Shown: in pieces, positions 39,805-52,600 of the stretch
Position numbering within the stretch: the stretch's first letter is position 1
Layout of the letters: each line of letters starts with the position of its first letter
Origin: Saccostrea cucullata
Taxonomy: Eukaryota
NCBI RefSeq assembly: GCF_032062105.1
Contig: NW_026930562.1
Location: 248,001 to 312,000 of the forward strand
DNA length: 64,000 nt
Reading direction: 5' to 3'
The notes under the pieces: model-generated
The model's database searches: none
What the model was told of the DNA's origin: nothing
What the model saw: the letters and a program-made list of their open reading frames with translations, nothing else
Translations under genes and position numbers: made by a program

Positions 39805-40530
39805 TTGTCAATAGCTTGAAGAAATTTAGAAATTGTTCATACACAGGCTCATGCGTATCGAATCAAATAAATATAAACCCATATGGAGGCAATAAGGGTA
39901 CTAGTATTTTCCAACATAGGTAAGGGAAGATAATGATTAAAAAGTAGTAATCATGTCTATCATAGTAAAAGTTTAGTTTTTTTACCATTTACGTCTTTTT
40001 CTAGTAAAATATCCTTTTAAATAGATGTGTCAGACTCTATGCCATCTTTTATTTCAAGCTCCTTGGGATATACAAATGTATGTAGTCGAAATATGAATCG
40101 AAGTAACTGTTACTTTAAAAACTGAGGTTGATATATCTAATTGTACATGTAGAGTTGAAGACCATAGCAAGCGTTTTCTTCCTCTTTTGTTTAATTTTGA
40201 ATAAATTCTGTTTCATACAGAATTTTATTTTATGATGCACACACATTTTTGGAAGACCTGATTTCCAAAAACTACATGTACAATGTAAGTCTTACACTCG
40301 AGCATAATTTAATATCAACTTCATAGTACTTGTGTGTACAAGCAGAACAAAATAATTTTTGAAATGACCAAAACAAGGAACATGTAACTATATTTACGAG
40401 TTCCATTTTTATTGAAAAAAAGAGCTGTCTAAAATCTCAAAAAGCCAGGACTTAAATTTATCATGAGAAAAGGTTGTGTAAAGTGTTGAAAAGTCATGCG
40501 TTTTTATGTTATTGATTTCAGATAGAAAAA
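39805..40530 (-). mobile_element. Penelope-like element internal RT fragment
   Basis: Reverse-complement matches such as TGCGTATCGAATCAA, TCTTTTATTTCAAGCTC, GGAAGACCTG and GTAAAGTGTTGAAAAGTC (DFSTLY). Confidence 0.75.
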
Positions 40531-41845
40531 AATTGTTATATAAAAAGAGACTTGATTAAGGTGCACTCCTAGCCAAAGAGTAAACTCACAGCTCTTACAT
40601 AGTTCTTTATATTTAAAACTCGTTTGTTTTTCTCTCTCCAAAATTGCAATTTATATTTACAAAATAACCCTAAATTTATGTAGCAATAAAATAGGCTAGT
40701 ATATTCGCAGATATTCGTTAGTTTCACCGTGACAAATATTTCTCAGTTCTAAAGGAGAAAAGTAAACTGTTCACTGAATAAGTTTAATGGTCAGAAAAGT
40801 CTACGAAAAAAACGTTGATCAGAGCATACGTATTTTGGTTTCTAAAAAAAATCCATACCGTTCCATTTTAAGTTTCCCTAGAATATATATGAAAAAAATT
40901 TATATATTCAGCTATTTCAAATGTGTGATAATCTAGACAAAATAAGACTGATTATTCTTTTTAACTTAATAATAGGCTTAATAAGATCCATTTAATGAAA
41001 ATTCCAAGTCTAAAAGGTCACCGACATCTCGAGTTCAGGCAGATTTTTGTCAAACATGTAACTCCAAGAATCTTTTATTTAAAACTATAAATATATACTT
41101 CATAAGAATGTAATATTTTCAGGGAAACCGAGGTCTACAGTTACAGCAGTCGACAGAGGATAATGTTATAATGTTGCTGTCAAGAGGGTGGCAAGAGGGA
41201 GAACTCCAAAAACTTATCAGAACTTCTTGGGGTGTAGTTATGGTAGTTTGAGCTTATACTAGTATGCAAAGAATGAAGATGACTAATGTGATCTTAGTTT
41301 CCGTAATAATCAAAGTTTATAAACTATAAACATAATGAAAATTGGGTTTGCTATTTATTGCCTCAAGATGCCAAAATGAAATTTATTGTTTATATCTTTA
41401 AAAAAAAAAGTCAGTTATTCTGATCAGTGAAATGAAAAAAAAAAGAGCTTTTTGTGTCTTGTGTGTATCTTTATTTTTTTTTTCAAACTCTCCTCTCCCT
41501 GTAAACTTAAGTTGGAATTTCAGGTTAGGTCTTACATGATGTAATTCAAAAATTTCTAGTTTTACTTAACATACTTATATCAACAATAAGAGATATAATT
41601 AAAATACTGGAAGGAATGTAGAATTTTTGCAAATGAAAAAGTTGAAACCTGTTGCCATTGATGAGACAGTAAGTAAATCAAAATAATCAATTTAACAAGA
41701 ACAATGTATAACAGTGCCCAAACAAAAAGCAGAAAAAGGTGATATCACTGGAGTCATATACATGGAAATTGTTGATATCTGGGGAGGTTCCATTTCCAAG
41801 ATGACCTGTTTAGTTCCCTTCAGACCTGTTTGTATGGTAGATTTA

Positions 41846-41953
41846 GTGCTTACTCCCCAGTGGCACCTGATTTCACCTTTGAGAGACCCGTGTTTGCTCT
41901 ACTAGAAAACCTAGATCTCAATTTGATTACTGTTCGTTATCTCCATATTTCAT
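41846..41953 (+). mobile_element. Penelope-like element solo 3' terminus
   Basis: TGCTTACTCCCCAGTGGCACCTGATTTCACC...ACTGTTCGTTATCTCCATATTTCAT. Confidence 0.7.
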
Positions 41954-42709
41954 TTGACTAAATGTCTTTCTCCTTTTCTATGAGAGGTAAAGCAAAAAAA
42001 TTTAGTTACTTTGAAAATTGAAATTGTAACGATTAGGAAATGCGTTGTGCAGCATATTCCTATGTCTTCAAAGATGAAAACAAAAGAAAACAAGTTATGC
42101 AATGCATATGGTGATTGATCTTAATCTAGTTTTTTTTACACCTAGACACTCACACATCGGAGGCTTGATATGTTCCACCACCCATGGAGACTTACCATTC
42201 TACTCAGTGCACTACTGGGTGTCACATGTTGTGGTAGATATCTTCGCAGGAGGGTTGGTCTTGTCAAAAAAGAAAAGAAATGTTAGTAACAGATAAATAT
42301 GAATATCTGTAAATGTAGATATCTGAAAATCTACATGCAAACAATGACAGTAAAATTATTTATCTTATCTTAAAATTATCCAAAACGCCCGCTAAAAAAA
42401 TTAGCACTATGGGAGCGATACTTACTATTAAAATCCTTTACCTTAGTGTGTCGATTTATGATTAGGCCTAATTCCATTGAAAAATGGTTATGCTGGGAAA
42501 GAAGTACTTTCAAAAAAATTGTATCTTACAATAAAACCGGACTTAACTGAAAGCGATGAGAGTACAAAAGCCTTAGAGTAACATGAAACGATAAACTTAA
42601 ATCTTATACACTTTTGTCTAGTGTACATTTTATTATATTTTCGTAAAACTGTGATTTTATAAGGCTTAATAAGGCTTAATAAGGCTTAACAATTAAGTAA
42701 TATACTGAA

Positions 42710-42898
42710 AGGTCCACTGTTATTTCCCGATCATGACAAGGGGTTCATGGCAGGTGTGACCGGTCGGCAGAAAATGCACCCACCTTCATGGCACCGGATC
42801 CCACCTCTGATGATTTAGAGGTTCTTGTTTGTTCTGCTCCAAAGTTTTTATTGTTTAATGGACTTTTGGAATACTGTTCGTTATCTCCATATATTTCA
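42710..42898 (+). mobile_element. Penelope-like element solo 3' terminus
   Basis: CATGGCAGGTGTGACCGGTCGGCAG...CATGGCACCGGATCCCACCTCTGATGATTTAGAGGT...GTTATCTCCATATATTTCAT. Confidence 0.8.
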
Positions 42899-43622
42899 TT
42901 ATATGCATGAGGACAGTAAGTTATTTAAAACATCATTCCGAATATATGACATTAGAGCGAGAAAAAATCTTCTTTGATTAATAACAGACAACAATCTATA
43001 ATATGCAACTGAACGCATATATTTCTTAAGCATTGAAGAGGTGTGTGGTGAAACACTGCTTGATAAATCTTGATCTGCTAATCGTTTTAACACCACAACA
43101 CAAGATGTGATTTCTCAGTTTGCCGATTTATCTTCGGTAATTAGAACTTATCCCTCTCTTGTCTGAGTAGGGAAATTTGGAGCTAAATGAAGCGTCTGAT
43201 AACCCCGCGGAAACTGAAAGGTCTGAGACACCTGTTCTGGGGTCTTTAGTTTTCTCTGACAGGAAGTTGGTGGTCATGGTGAGCATATTGGTCATCACAG
43301 GATAATTAACGACAAGTTCTGTCTTACTCATGGTTATGTCGTAGAAAAGGCCATTAAATTTTAATGAATTGAGACATCAGCTGACTAAATTTAAACTTTT
43401 ATTGGCACTTTTTAAATTTTTTTATGTTTACGCCGTGTTTATGAAAAAATACTCTCTTTAAAAATAACCATTTTAGATAAATAAGTCTTGAACTATTATA
43501 CTGAAGAATTACATTCCAGTCTGATGTCACTTCATTAAATGTCTTCATATTTGATTGAAATAAAATATCAATGACTTATTTCAAAAGCTGAGTATTCAAA
43601 AAGGCACTCACGTGTGTGCATA

Positions 43623-43844
43623 CTGTGAAATCACTAATTTTCGTGGGGTTTAATTTTCGTTGTTTTCGAAGTATAGAGAGACCCCCGAATTCATGACCAC
43701 CACGAAATATCAAATGTAATATGCCTTACTACTCAAAACTTCTCTAACCACGAAATTAAATCCCCACATATCAATAATTTTTTTTCTTAAACCTCGAAAA
43801 TGTGTCCCCACGAGAATATGTGAAGAGAATATGTGAATATACAG
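43623..43844. mobile_element. MITE with CTGT...ACAG termini and internal CCACGAA/TTCGTGG repeats
   Basis: TA|CTGTGAAATCAC...GTGAATATACAG|CA (right TSD mutated). Confidence 0.6.
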
Positions 43845-44058
43845 CATTCATATATAACGAAAAAGTCAAAGATATATGAAGGAGGAAAAATGAGCCCATG
43901 GCAATTCCAAAGACTGATGGATACAGGATGAACTTACACAATGCAGTCGACTCAAGTGTCACTGAAAGCTCTGGAAAAGTCACTGCATAGCAGAGCTCTG
44001 CGTTCATTAAACAATACAAAATTGGAGTAGCATACAGGGACTTCCCAAAAATAATCAC

Positions 44059-45345
44059 AGATGGGATCAGGTTTCATGTAGGAGTGAGTACACCTGCCGA
44101 CTGGTCACACCCACCCTGTGCTCCTTGTCATGCCCGATAAATAACGGAACAATCCGTAGACAATTCAGTGTGTAAATAATGGCCTAACAATCAGTGTGAA
44201 AAAAGTCAGTCAGCATTTGACTTAATGAAAAATTGTATTTTTTGACAATTGTATTGACCATTGAACTTACGCAATGATGATTCTAAAAGAGACCGCTGAT
44301 ATTTTTTGCTTCAGCAAATTGTTTGTCAATAATTTACCTAGTTTTAAAAATTGTTCATATACGTAGGGAATCTCCATATGAGTGAAAAATTCTCGAGAGG
44401 GATGTTAAACAATATACAATCAATCAATCAATCATATACGTAGAGCATGCACTGGCGTATCGAATCAACTGAGGGATATAAACCCCGTATGCAGGTGATG
44501 AAGGTATATTGCTGTATAAGTAAGGGTATTTGACAATTAAAAATTTATGTCATCACGTTTATTATAGAGCTTGGTTGTTTGATTACCACAAATGTCTTTT
44601 TCAAGTAAAATGTCCAAATGTTTCAGACTCTGGTATCTTTTATTTCAAGCTCATCGGGATATATCGTATCGACATAAGAATGGAAATAGCCATTGTTAAT
44701 TGACAATAGGTCGTAGATTTTCTGAATGTCTACATGTATAAGAGTTTGGACAAATTCTGTTTCATACGAATACAAAAATAGGTCTGCTAATAAGGGGTGC
44801 AATTGGTAAACATTGTAATTCCAATATATTGTTGGAAGATATGTTCTCCAAAAACCATAAATATATTGTCAATCAGAAACTCTAGTATCTATTAATGTCA
44901 ACTTCAAAGTACTTAACAAAATAATTTTTTAATGAACAATGGAAAAGGTAAGTAAATTTACGACTTCCATTTTCATTTAAAAAGCAGCTGTCTATGATAC
45001 CAAAACATCTGGATTTTAATTTATCGTAAGGTATATAAAGTTGAAAAGGCAAATGGTTTTATGCTGTTGATTTTGGTAATTTCTTGTGATTTAAAATTGT
45101 CCAAAAGTTCCTGGGAATTTTTAAGAATCCACATCCGAATTACTTTACTTCTTATACGTATATGTTGTTGCACAATACATTGTACTCTTGAAGTTTCTCC
45201 TTCACTACTGTTAATTTCTAAGTGAGGAGTAAAGAAAGAGGCTTGGTAGAACATTTTCTCGAACCCGCTATGTATCTTTGTTTGGATTTTTGTGGAGCTT
45301 TGTAATCCAATATAGATGTGGTAATTCAAATTCAATATGGTTGTT
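44059..45345 (-). mobile_element. Penelope-like (Naiad-type) element, fragment extending furthest 5'
   Basis: LPHLYWITKLHKNP, MWILKNSQELL, SIKPFAFSTLYT (ORFs 45268 and 45021) through to the 3' motif GGGATCAGG...GGAGTGAG...CTGCCGACTGGTCACACCC at ~44063-44112. Confidence 0.85.
44367..44431 (+). mobile_element. 5'-truncated SINE/LINE tail with (CAAT)n end and 12-bp TSD
   Basis: TCATATACGTAG duplicated at 44355-44366 and 44432-44443; insert TCTCCATATGAGTGAAAAATTCTC...(CAAT)4; the same tail occurs at ~48119-48150. Confidence 0.8.
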
Positions 45346-46748
45346 GGAAATATTAAAAATATTCAAAACTGGCATGATTTTCAAGAATTCCCGCCTAATA
45401 AAGGGAGCAAGGGGTTTAAGTTGGGTTAACACTAATAGAATTAAATCCAAATTTTTCTGCAAGCTCAATTTTATTTAAATTGACTTGCAAAAACATTTCT
45501 TACTTTTCAAAGTTTACAAGCTTTAGAACTGCACATTATATAAAAAATTTCATCAATGCATTGTCACCCACCCTAGGTTCATACGTTATGTATTAGATTT
45601 GCTGCTACGGAATTCTAGTGATTTTTTGAAATTCTCACGTACTGTGCCATAAAAATTATTATAATAAAATACGGCATCAGAAGAAAGTGCCTGACTGCCT
45701 GTAAAATATCTTGGCGTAACAGAGAAATCTTCAATAAGCAATTTAGCAGCACAGTTGATCTCATTTTGAATAATAAACTTATCTCAAATTCATTTCGGTC
45801 AAATCTTGATTAAAACCGGATCCCAGCTTTCGTATATCTTGATAATGTGCGATACTTGCTCTCGCGATCACAGGGCACGAGTCGTTTTACGCAACGCTGG
45901 GTGATCGATCAATGTAGGCCATGGAAACCCGAGCCCCGGGGAAGCGAGGCACTCTGTCCGTATCTACTCCGTCAAATTCTTACCACATGTTTTTCTCGTG
46001 CCGTATCATCCATGTCTTTTGGTTTCCATAGCGACGACTCCTTCTCCCCCTACTACAATGTCACTTTCGAAGATTTATCAAGCTATTTTATATGGTAAAG
46101 CACGTGCTTTTCGAGGCACGCAAGCATAAAAACCTAGATCTGTAAAGTTGTTTGAGAATTAAAACAATTATGTAGTCGGAAACTTAACTCCACGCGCAAT
46201 GAGAATGCAATGAAACCATGAATGGCACGATAAAAACGATCACATATGTTCTCAATGTTCTGAAAACCAAGAGTAAAATTGTTTTTAATCGTGTGATAAT
46301 AAGGGGAAAATGTAAATGTCTTTACAACCTTTACAATTGTTCCTGTATATTTTTTTAAATTCCTCAGAAAGATTTTTGCAGATATTAAACTGTTTACTTT
46401 TACTAGTCAATTTAAAAAGAGTATTTTTAAATAATACGGAGTCAATTTAAATTTTAAATTGACATGTAATATTTAAACTGATGTATTCAAAGGTCAATGC
46501 AGTAAAAAAAAGTTATAAAAATATAACAGAATGGCATTCAGTTTTTGCAATTTTGCAAAAAAGACATCTATCCTTTCCGGCGGTTTTTGGACAGTAGTGG
46601 GAGTTGTTTTGCCTTTGACACTTGTTGCGCGTGCTTCTTGGCAGCACTGCCAGAGAAGGCTTGTCTGCCAGAAGATCGACAGCAAGCGCACGTGCTGCAC
46701 GTAAACATTCACCATCGGCACTCATTTCATGTCACCTGGAAATTTACC

Positions 46749-49651
46749 ATGCCAAAATCCTTTTTATTGACAAATCGGAGGTTTCTAATTGAAAAGAAGA
46801 AAAGCAAAGAATTATCTGCAGGTAATTACTTTCTATTGCTTATTTTTGCAAATGAGGATTAATTCTAAGAAATAAAATATCAGATCTCTTTATGAAAGAC
46901 AAATTTACCAATATGTAATATATTATTTCATTTTGTAAGTTCAGTATTTGTATTTCTGAGATGAATTGGCCACCAGAATCGTTAATTAAAGTATACTTAA
47001 GTGTGCCTGAAAGTAACTTATCCTTCCAGATACTTTTTGGGTCATGATTGCTTTATGTCAAATTGTAAGTTAATAGGGGGCTATTGTAAGTTTGTTATAT
47101 CAGCTGTTACAACAATTCCTCCTGGTAATTATTCTCTTGTCCATTAGGTTTTACAAGGACATGGCTTCATATATATTTATTTTTTTTTAAAGTATCTACT
47201 TTATGTAGACTTTGCAAAACAAATTCAAGTCATATTTTATATGTGAAGTGAAAAGCTGAAAGCTTTTCATATTTGCTAACAATATGTACATTTTCACTGG
47301 TGAATATATTTTTCTGTTTGCTGCATATGTTTATGATAAAGGAATTTATACAGAAGAGCAGACTGTCATATTTCAAAAGTTCTCAAACCTCTTAAAGTTA
47401 TGTGGTATAGAATATTACAAAGTCGTGTCCGCGCAGCGGGGAGCTCAGACGGCACCGCTCCGATCTATACCATGTATACCGCCTCATTTTGATTTCACGA
47501 TAATTACCCGAGTCTGCAAACTCATGCAGTGTAAATACTGGTCTTATGTTTTGCCGTGTGTCGTAATTTTATGGCTGACCCCTAGTGAGGCTGGAGGGCT
47601 CACAAGGTCATGAATCACCTGCAGTCTCATCGCCACTGCTGATGTGATTATATGGTATCTCTCGCCAAGTGAATCATCTGTAAATGTACAGCTGACAAAT
47701 GCCTTCTGACACCTCTCTGCATCGTTTGCACACTCATCATTGAACACCTGGTGTGTTTATGTATCCAGTAAATAGACCTATAATAAAGACACCTTTTCTG
47801 ACACCTCTGACAACTAGATCCCACCTGAGACACTACTTTTTGATATAGCTTCCGTAAAGAAGCATTGAGAAAAAAATTATTAATATTGAATTTCCTTTAT
47901 TTCTACTGTCGCCCGCATGTTAGAGCGTCTGTGCCATAGTCACAGAGTAAGGAACTGATCCTTACGTCGCGGGATCACTATCGGACATTGGTGACCGGTT
48001 CTTCGTATGAGAACGTATTAACCAAAGTCCCATGCCGCATAAGGTGTTGGCACGAAAAAAGATTCTTCACTGCTCAATGATCCTTAATGCCGACTATATA
48101 GGTATAAATTTTCAGGCGTCTCCATATGAGTAAAAAAAATCTCAAGGAAACTGTTTAGACTGTCAAGATTTTTCTAAGCTCTTTAGATATATCGATGCCG
48201 TTTGATCAATTGATTTATTTTCAAATGCATTTATTAAAATTTCAGATACTAGTAACAAAAATGCAGAAATTAGGAAAGATGAAAGTCCTTTCGAAGCTGG
48301 AGAAACGCAGCAAAAGTGGGAAAACAATCCCGCCAAATCAAATCTGCAGCACAATTTAGAATTTGTGGACTATCGTCAGATATTTTACATCGAACACGAC
48401 AATAAATTACTCCCAAACAGAGACAATTTAAACGAAATAGACACCGATAATGACTCCCCGAAAGATTTGTCAACAAAAAGAAGAACTTCACCAATACGAT
48501 CATCTGATGCTGATCTCTCGAGACTCTACGAGAGCAACACTGTCTCTCGTAAAATTTCGAACGCTCCTACCCCACCTTTCGTCACGGGACCGCGCTCATC
48601 TTATTCGTACTTTCAGTTTCCGGATGACACTGGTGGATGTAGAGACTACTCAACTGAAGCAGTACCGGAAATGAAGCGGGCAACACAGACCCAATCACTG
48701 GTATCAGACCCCAGGACGGAAGTGGAAATGTCGCCGTATAACCGGTACTCCGACTTCAGTGCAGAGTTACGACCCGAATTTTCGCCCATAAATCGCTGTC
48801 ATGCGGAGTGCTCCGATCATTTTTCGCTTTTGTATGAGCTAATAAGAAACACTAATGGTCTTTTGGAGCATAGAGAACAAATGGATGCTCCAATAAATGC
48901 TAAAAGAGTACTTAATTTCGACAAACCGACTTACTCGCCCATTATCGAACCAATATCACCAAGACCAACATCTACAACAGAGCATGACGAATATAACAAT
49001 TACCCTTGCGAGGAGTGTGGCAAGCATTACAGCACTTCGAGTAACCTGGCCCGTCACAGACAAACACACAGATCGGCAAGCGACAAGAAAGCTCGAAAAT
49101 GTCCACACTGCGAAAAGGTGTACGTATCAATGCCAGCCTTCAGCATGCATGTCCGAACTCACAGTCAGGGGTGCGAGTGTCCATACTGTGGAAAAAGATT
49201 TAGCAGGCCCTGGCTACTACAGGTATTATATGGCATATAACTGTTTGTATTTAGGACAAATTAGATAAGGAGCAAAGTTCTCTTTAACATAAATTGATCG
49301 AATGTTTGGTAAATTAATGGAAATTTTATGGTATTTTAGGGTCATATAAGAACACATACTGGCGAAAAGCCCTTTGATTGTCCCAAGTGTGGAAAATGTT
49401 TTGCCGACAAGTCAAACCTCAGGGCGCATGTGCAGACTCATTCAACAGAAAAACCATACGTTTGTGGAAGGTGTGGCAAGGCGTTTGCTTTGAAGAGCTA
49501 CCTGTACAAGCATGAAGAATCCTCTTGTATGCGCGGTCAACGAAGTCGCTCTAAAGAAGAGAGGTCATCGGATGTGCGCGCGCACAAACACCGGAACAGA
49601 CAAAACTCAAATCAAGACTCATCACCAAGCATCCCAGAAAGCTTGGCATAG
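46749..49651 (+). CDS. scrt: Scratch-family (Snail superfamily) C2H2 zinc-finger transcriptional repressor, ScratchB/Kahuli-like, 453 aa
   Basis: Exons 46749-46821 (SNAG-like MPKSFLL), 48246-49222, 49340-49651; GT-AG, in phase, 1362 nt. Five fingers: [101 protein letters not shown]. Confidence 0.95.
47610..47830. promoter_or_regulatory. Candidate intronic enhancer: E-box and T-box-like site cluster in scratch intron 1
   Basis: CANNTG at 47616, 47666, 47675, 47689, 47696, 47745, 47822 (three CACCTG); TGACACCT at 47707 and 47799. Confidence 0.45.
47915..48155 (+). mobile_element. Decayed SINE-like remnant in scratch intron 1
   Basis: GGTGTTGGCACG...TCACTGCTCAATG...TCTCCATATGAGT tail shared with the insert at 44367; left boundary uncertain. 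Confidence 0.5.
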
Positions 49652-52600
49652 TCAACCATGGCATGGTAAATTTTCCAATCATCACGACCAAGTTCATTGT
49701 CTTCTTTGTATCTCAACACGTTTGTCACTACACAATTTTCATTTTTAATGCATTTCAAATCTAGACTGGACCATTCCAAAATACGTGTCGTACAATTGTA
49801 TGCATTGTATTTTTGCTTTTACATAATCTATCAAAATGGATATTTTTAAAGACAAGCAGCATTCCACGGCATAAAGTATTATTGCCAGATTTCCGTTGTC
49901 AGTTCGCACATTCATTTATTTCATCTAAATATAAACAGAACGGAATTTTGATAAGTAATCAATTAAGTGTAGTTTTTGGTTTTGGTTTTGATTGGATTGA
50001 ATAATATTTTTAATGGGAAAAAAATCTTGGAACTAGTCATAGAACTATTTAAAGTAACAACGTACTACTTCAATCTACGAAATGGAAAATCCTTGGTATG
50101 AAGTTACAAAAGTGGTATTTATGAAATACAAATTATGAATGCTAATAAAAATGATCTTAAGATTGACGGTTTATTTATAAATGGTACCGATAGAATATAC
50201 AAGTAAATAAGAACCAAATAGAACAAAGCATTCAAATTTCCATTGGTCTTTACTTGGTCGTCATTGATATTCACCCGAAAACGTCATTATGTCGCCTCAT
50301 GTGGTTTTCATTAAGTCGTTCCTCATGACACTTTCGTTTTTAGTTGTTGTCCGTCCGAAATTGACGATAAAGCTATCTTTCTGTGTCTGTTAGAAGGGCT
50401 GTCTTTGTTCTCGAGCTAATCTGAGACTCCCCTTTTAAGCATGATGGGAAACAGCTTCTTAATTGTGGAATATACCTATTGTGATGTAACAACATCCAAA
50501 TGACCTAAAATATTACAGAATTTTCATTCAATATTTCGCGCATTATAATTACGTTTTAATGCAACTTTTTTGAATGTTAAAATTAAACAAAATTAAGAAA
50601 TTTTAGATATAAAAAGAACAATTGATAAAATAATTTTTTAACCGATTTTGCAATTAATTTTATCCTTTTCTTTGCAATATAAAAATAATAAAGAAAAAGT
50701 CATAATCCTTGAAATTTAAAACAGTAAGGATTTTTTTATGTTTTTTTTTTGTTAATCCATTGTTTACGTTATATTTTGTAGTACTCTATAAAAGTAGTAA
50801 AATTTGCTAATTTTTCTGTATTTTGAGATGCCCCCTCTGTTAATAAAAAATGCATATATTGTATAATAAAGTATACAACATTATAGTTTAAACAAAATGT
50901 CTATTATTTGTATAATTTGCTTTAAATAAAAAAAAAATTAAATATATGAATAAATATATATTAAACTTTAAATATATAGTTACATATGGTATAAAAATGA
51001 AGAGTTTCGCTATTGTAGTTTTCATACAATAAAACTATAGTCGGCCCCCTTAAAATTGTTATCCTTTTCTTTGCAATATTACTGTCAAATCCAACAGTAA
51101 GGATTTGAAGTCTATAATCTATACTTGTACTCGAGATTGGCATAAAAAATGCTTGATGAACAACTTAAGCGTATTCGATAAAATAAAAAAAATTAAATAT
51201 ATGAATAAATATATATTAAATAAATATATAGCAGATAAATAGGTCTTTAAAAGATTTGATAAAGGCTAATTTATTTGTGAGCTTGTGATTTCTAACTAGT
51301 GCTAATCATAAGAATATGTCTTCTTACAATGCAATAACTTCTTTAAAGTTTCCAGTAAATTACTGGTTCATATTTTGAAATGTTTGTAATTGTTTGAATA
51401 AATCAATTCGCCTATTTATAACCTTCTACATGCAAATGACTGTTTTTGTGAGTCCATATTTAACATCCAAGTGCTTCAAAAGATGTAAAAAAAAAAAATG
51501 ATTTTGACATTTTCATTGTATATAATACGAATTTTTTTGAGAGCGTGCATTTTTTTGTCAACCCAAAGTGCTTTATAAGTGAGTTAAATGATGTGTGATT
51601 ATTTATTTTTATTTATTCTGTCTGGAGTGTTGTGTGTTGCATATTTATTTTGAAATAATTTTATTTATTACTTTTTTTTTAATTTTCCATGTTTGCCATA
51701 TTTTTAAAGTCCTGTACACTATACATTACTCAAGTAAGTTATTTTTAAGGTGCTAAACATTTATATATTTTACATTCAGAGTATTCGATACAATTGTTTT
51801 TTTTTTGTTGATGAGTATTTTCATTAAATCAATTCTTCAAATATTTCCTTATCTACTGTTCGGTATATACTTGTACAGTAGATACGGTAGTAACCGACCA
51901 ATAAAATCTATCCATGCAGACAGATCGGTTGCTGGAGAGACCGTCGTGTATGCAGTTTGGAGTTTGTTGTTTTTTCTATTTTTATACATGTATATTTATT
52001 GAAACGTATTTTTACCCTTTTGTTTGGTGCGCTTGGCCTCTGCCAATTTGACAACTCTTTTTGAAGGCATCGACATTTTGTATGAAAAGCAAATCCTGTA
52101 GTCTTTACTTCTCCATAATATTATTTCTTACATCGTGAAAAAGTTCTGAAAGATACACTGTACATATATTTTTGATTTGATGTTAGCTTTTCGTCTTTTA
52201 CATGCTCATTTTTTTCTAATTATTATGATTATTAACAAACATAAATAATTTTTTCGAAGCAATGTCTCTATCAGAAGGAAAATATACGTTTCTCAAAATT
52301 TCCCAAGAATAAAATCTGGCACTTTTGGACGGTTTCCTTTGTTTATGTGAGATGCTATCGTACATGTGGGACGGCAGAAGATCTGCAGCATGTCGATGTG
52401 TGAAGTGATGCTAGCTACGGTAATTGTGGCCGAAAATCTAGATAAACAAATGATTAATTGTGACACTAAGCGGCCCCAATGTTTGGAACACGCCAATGGT
52501 AGCGAGTCGCTTGTGTCATTTATAACAGCAAACGTCTTCAGAAGAGGGATCTTTCTGACAATTTATGATTGAAAAATATTCCATGTGTTCGTGTTAAACA

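Noticed and set aside
43128-43331. 67-aa ORF in a less AT-rich patch
   Set aside because: No recognisable motif or convincing splice partners.
48450-49748. Alternative-frame ORFs overlapping scratch
   Set aside because: Shadow frames of a less AT-rich coding exon; no motifs.
50924-51220. ~40-bp AT-rich direct repeat at ~50924 and ~51181
   Set aside because: Low-complexity local duplication with no sign of element structure.
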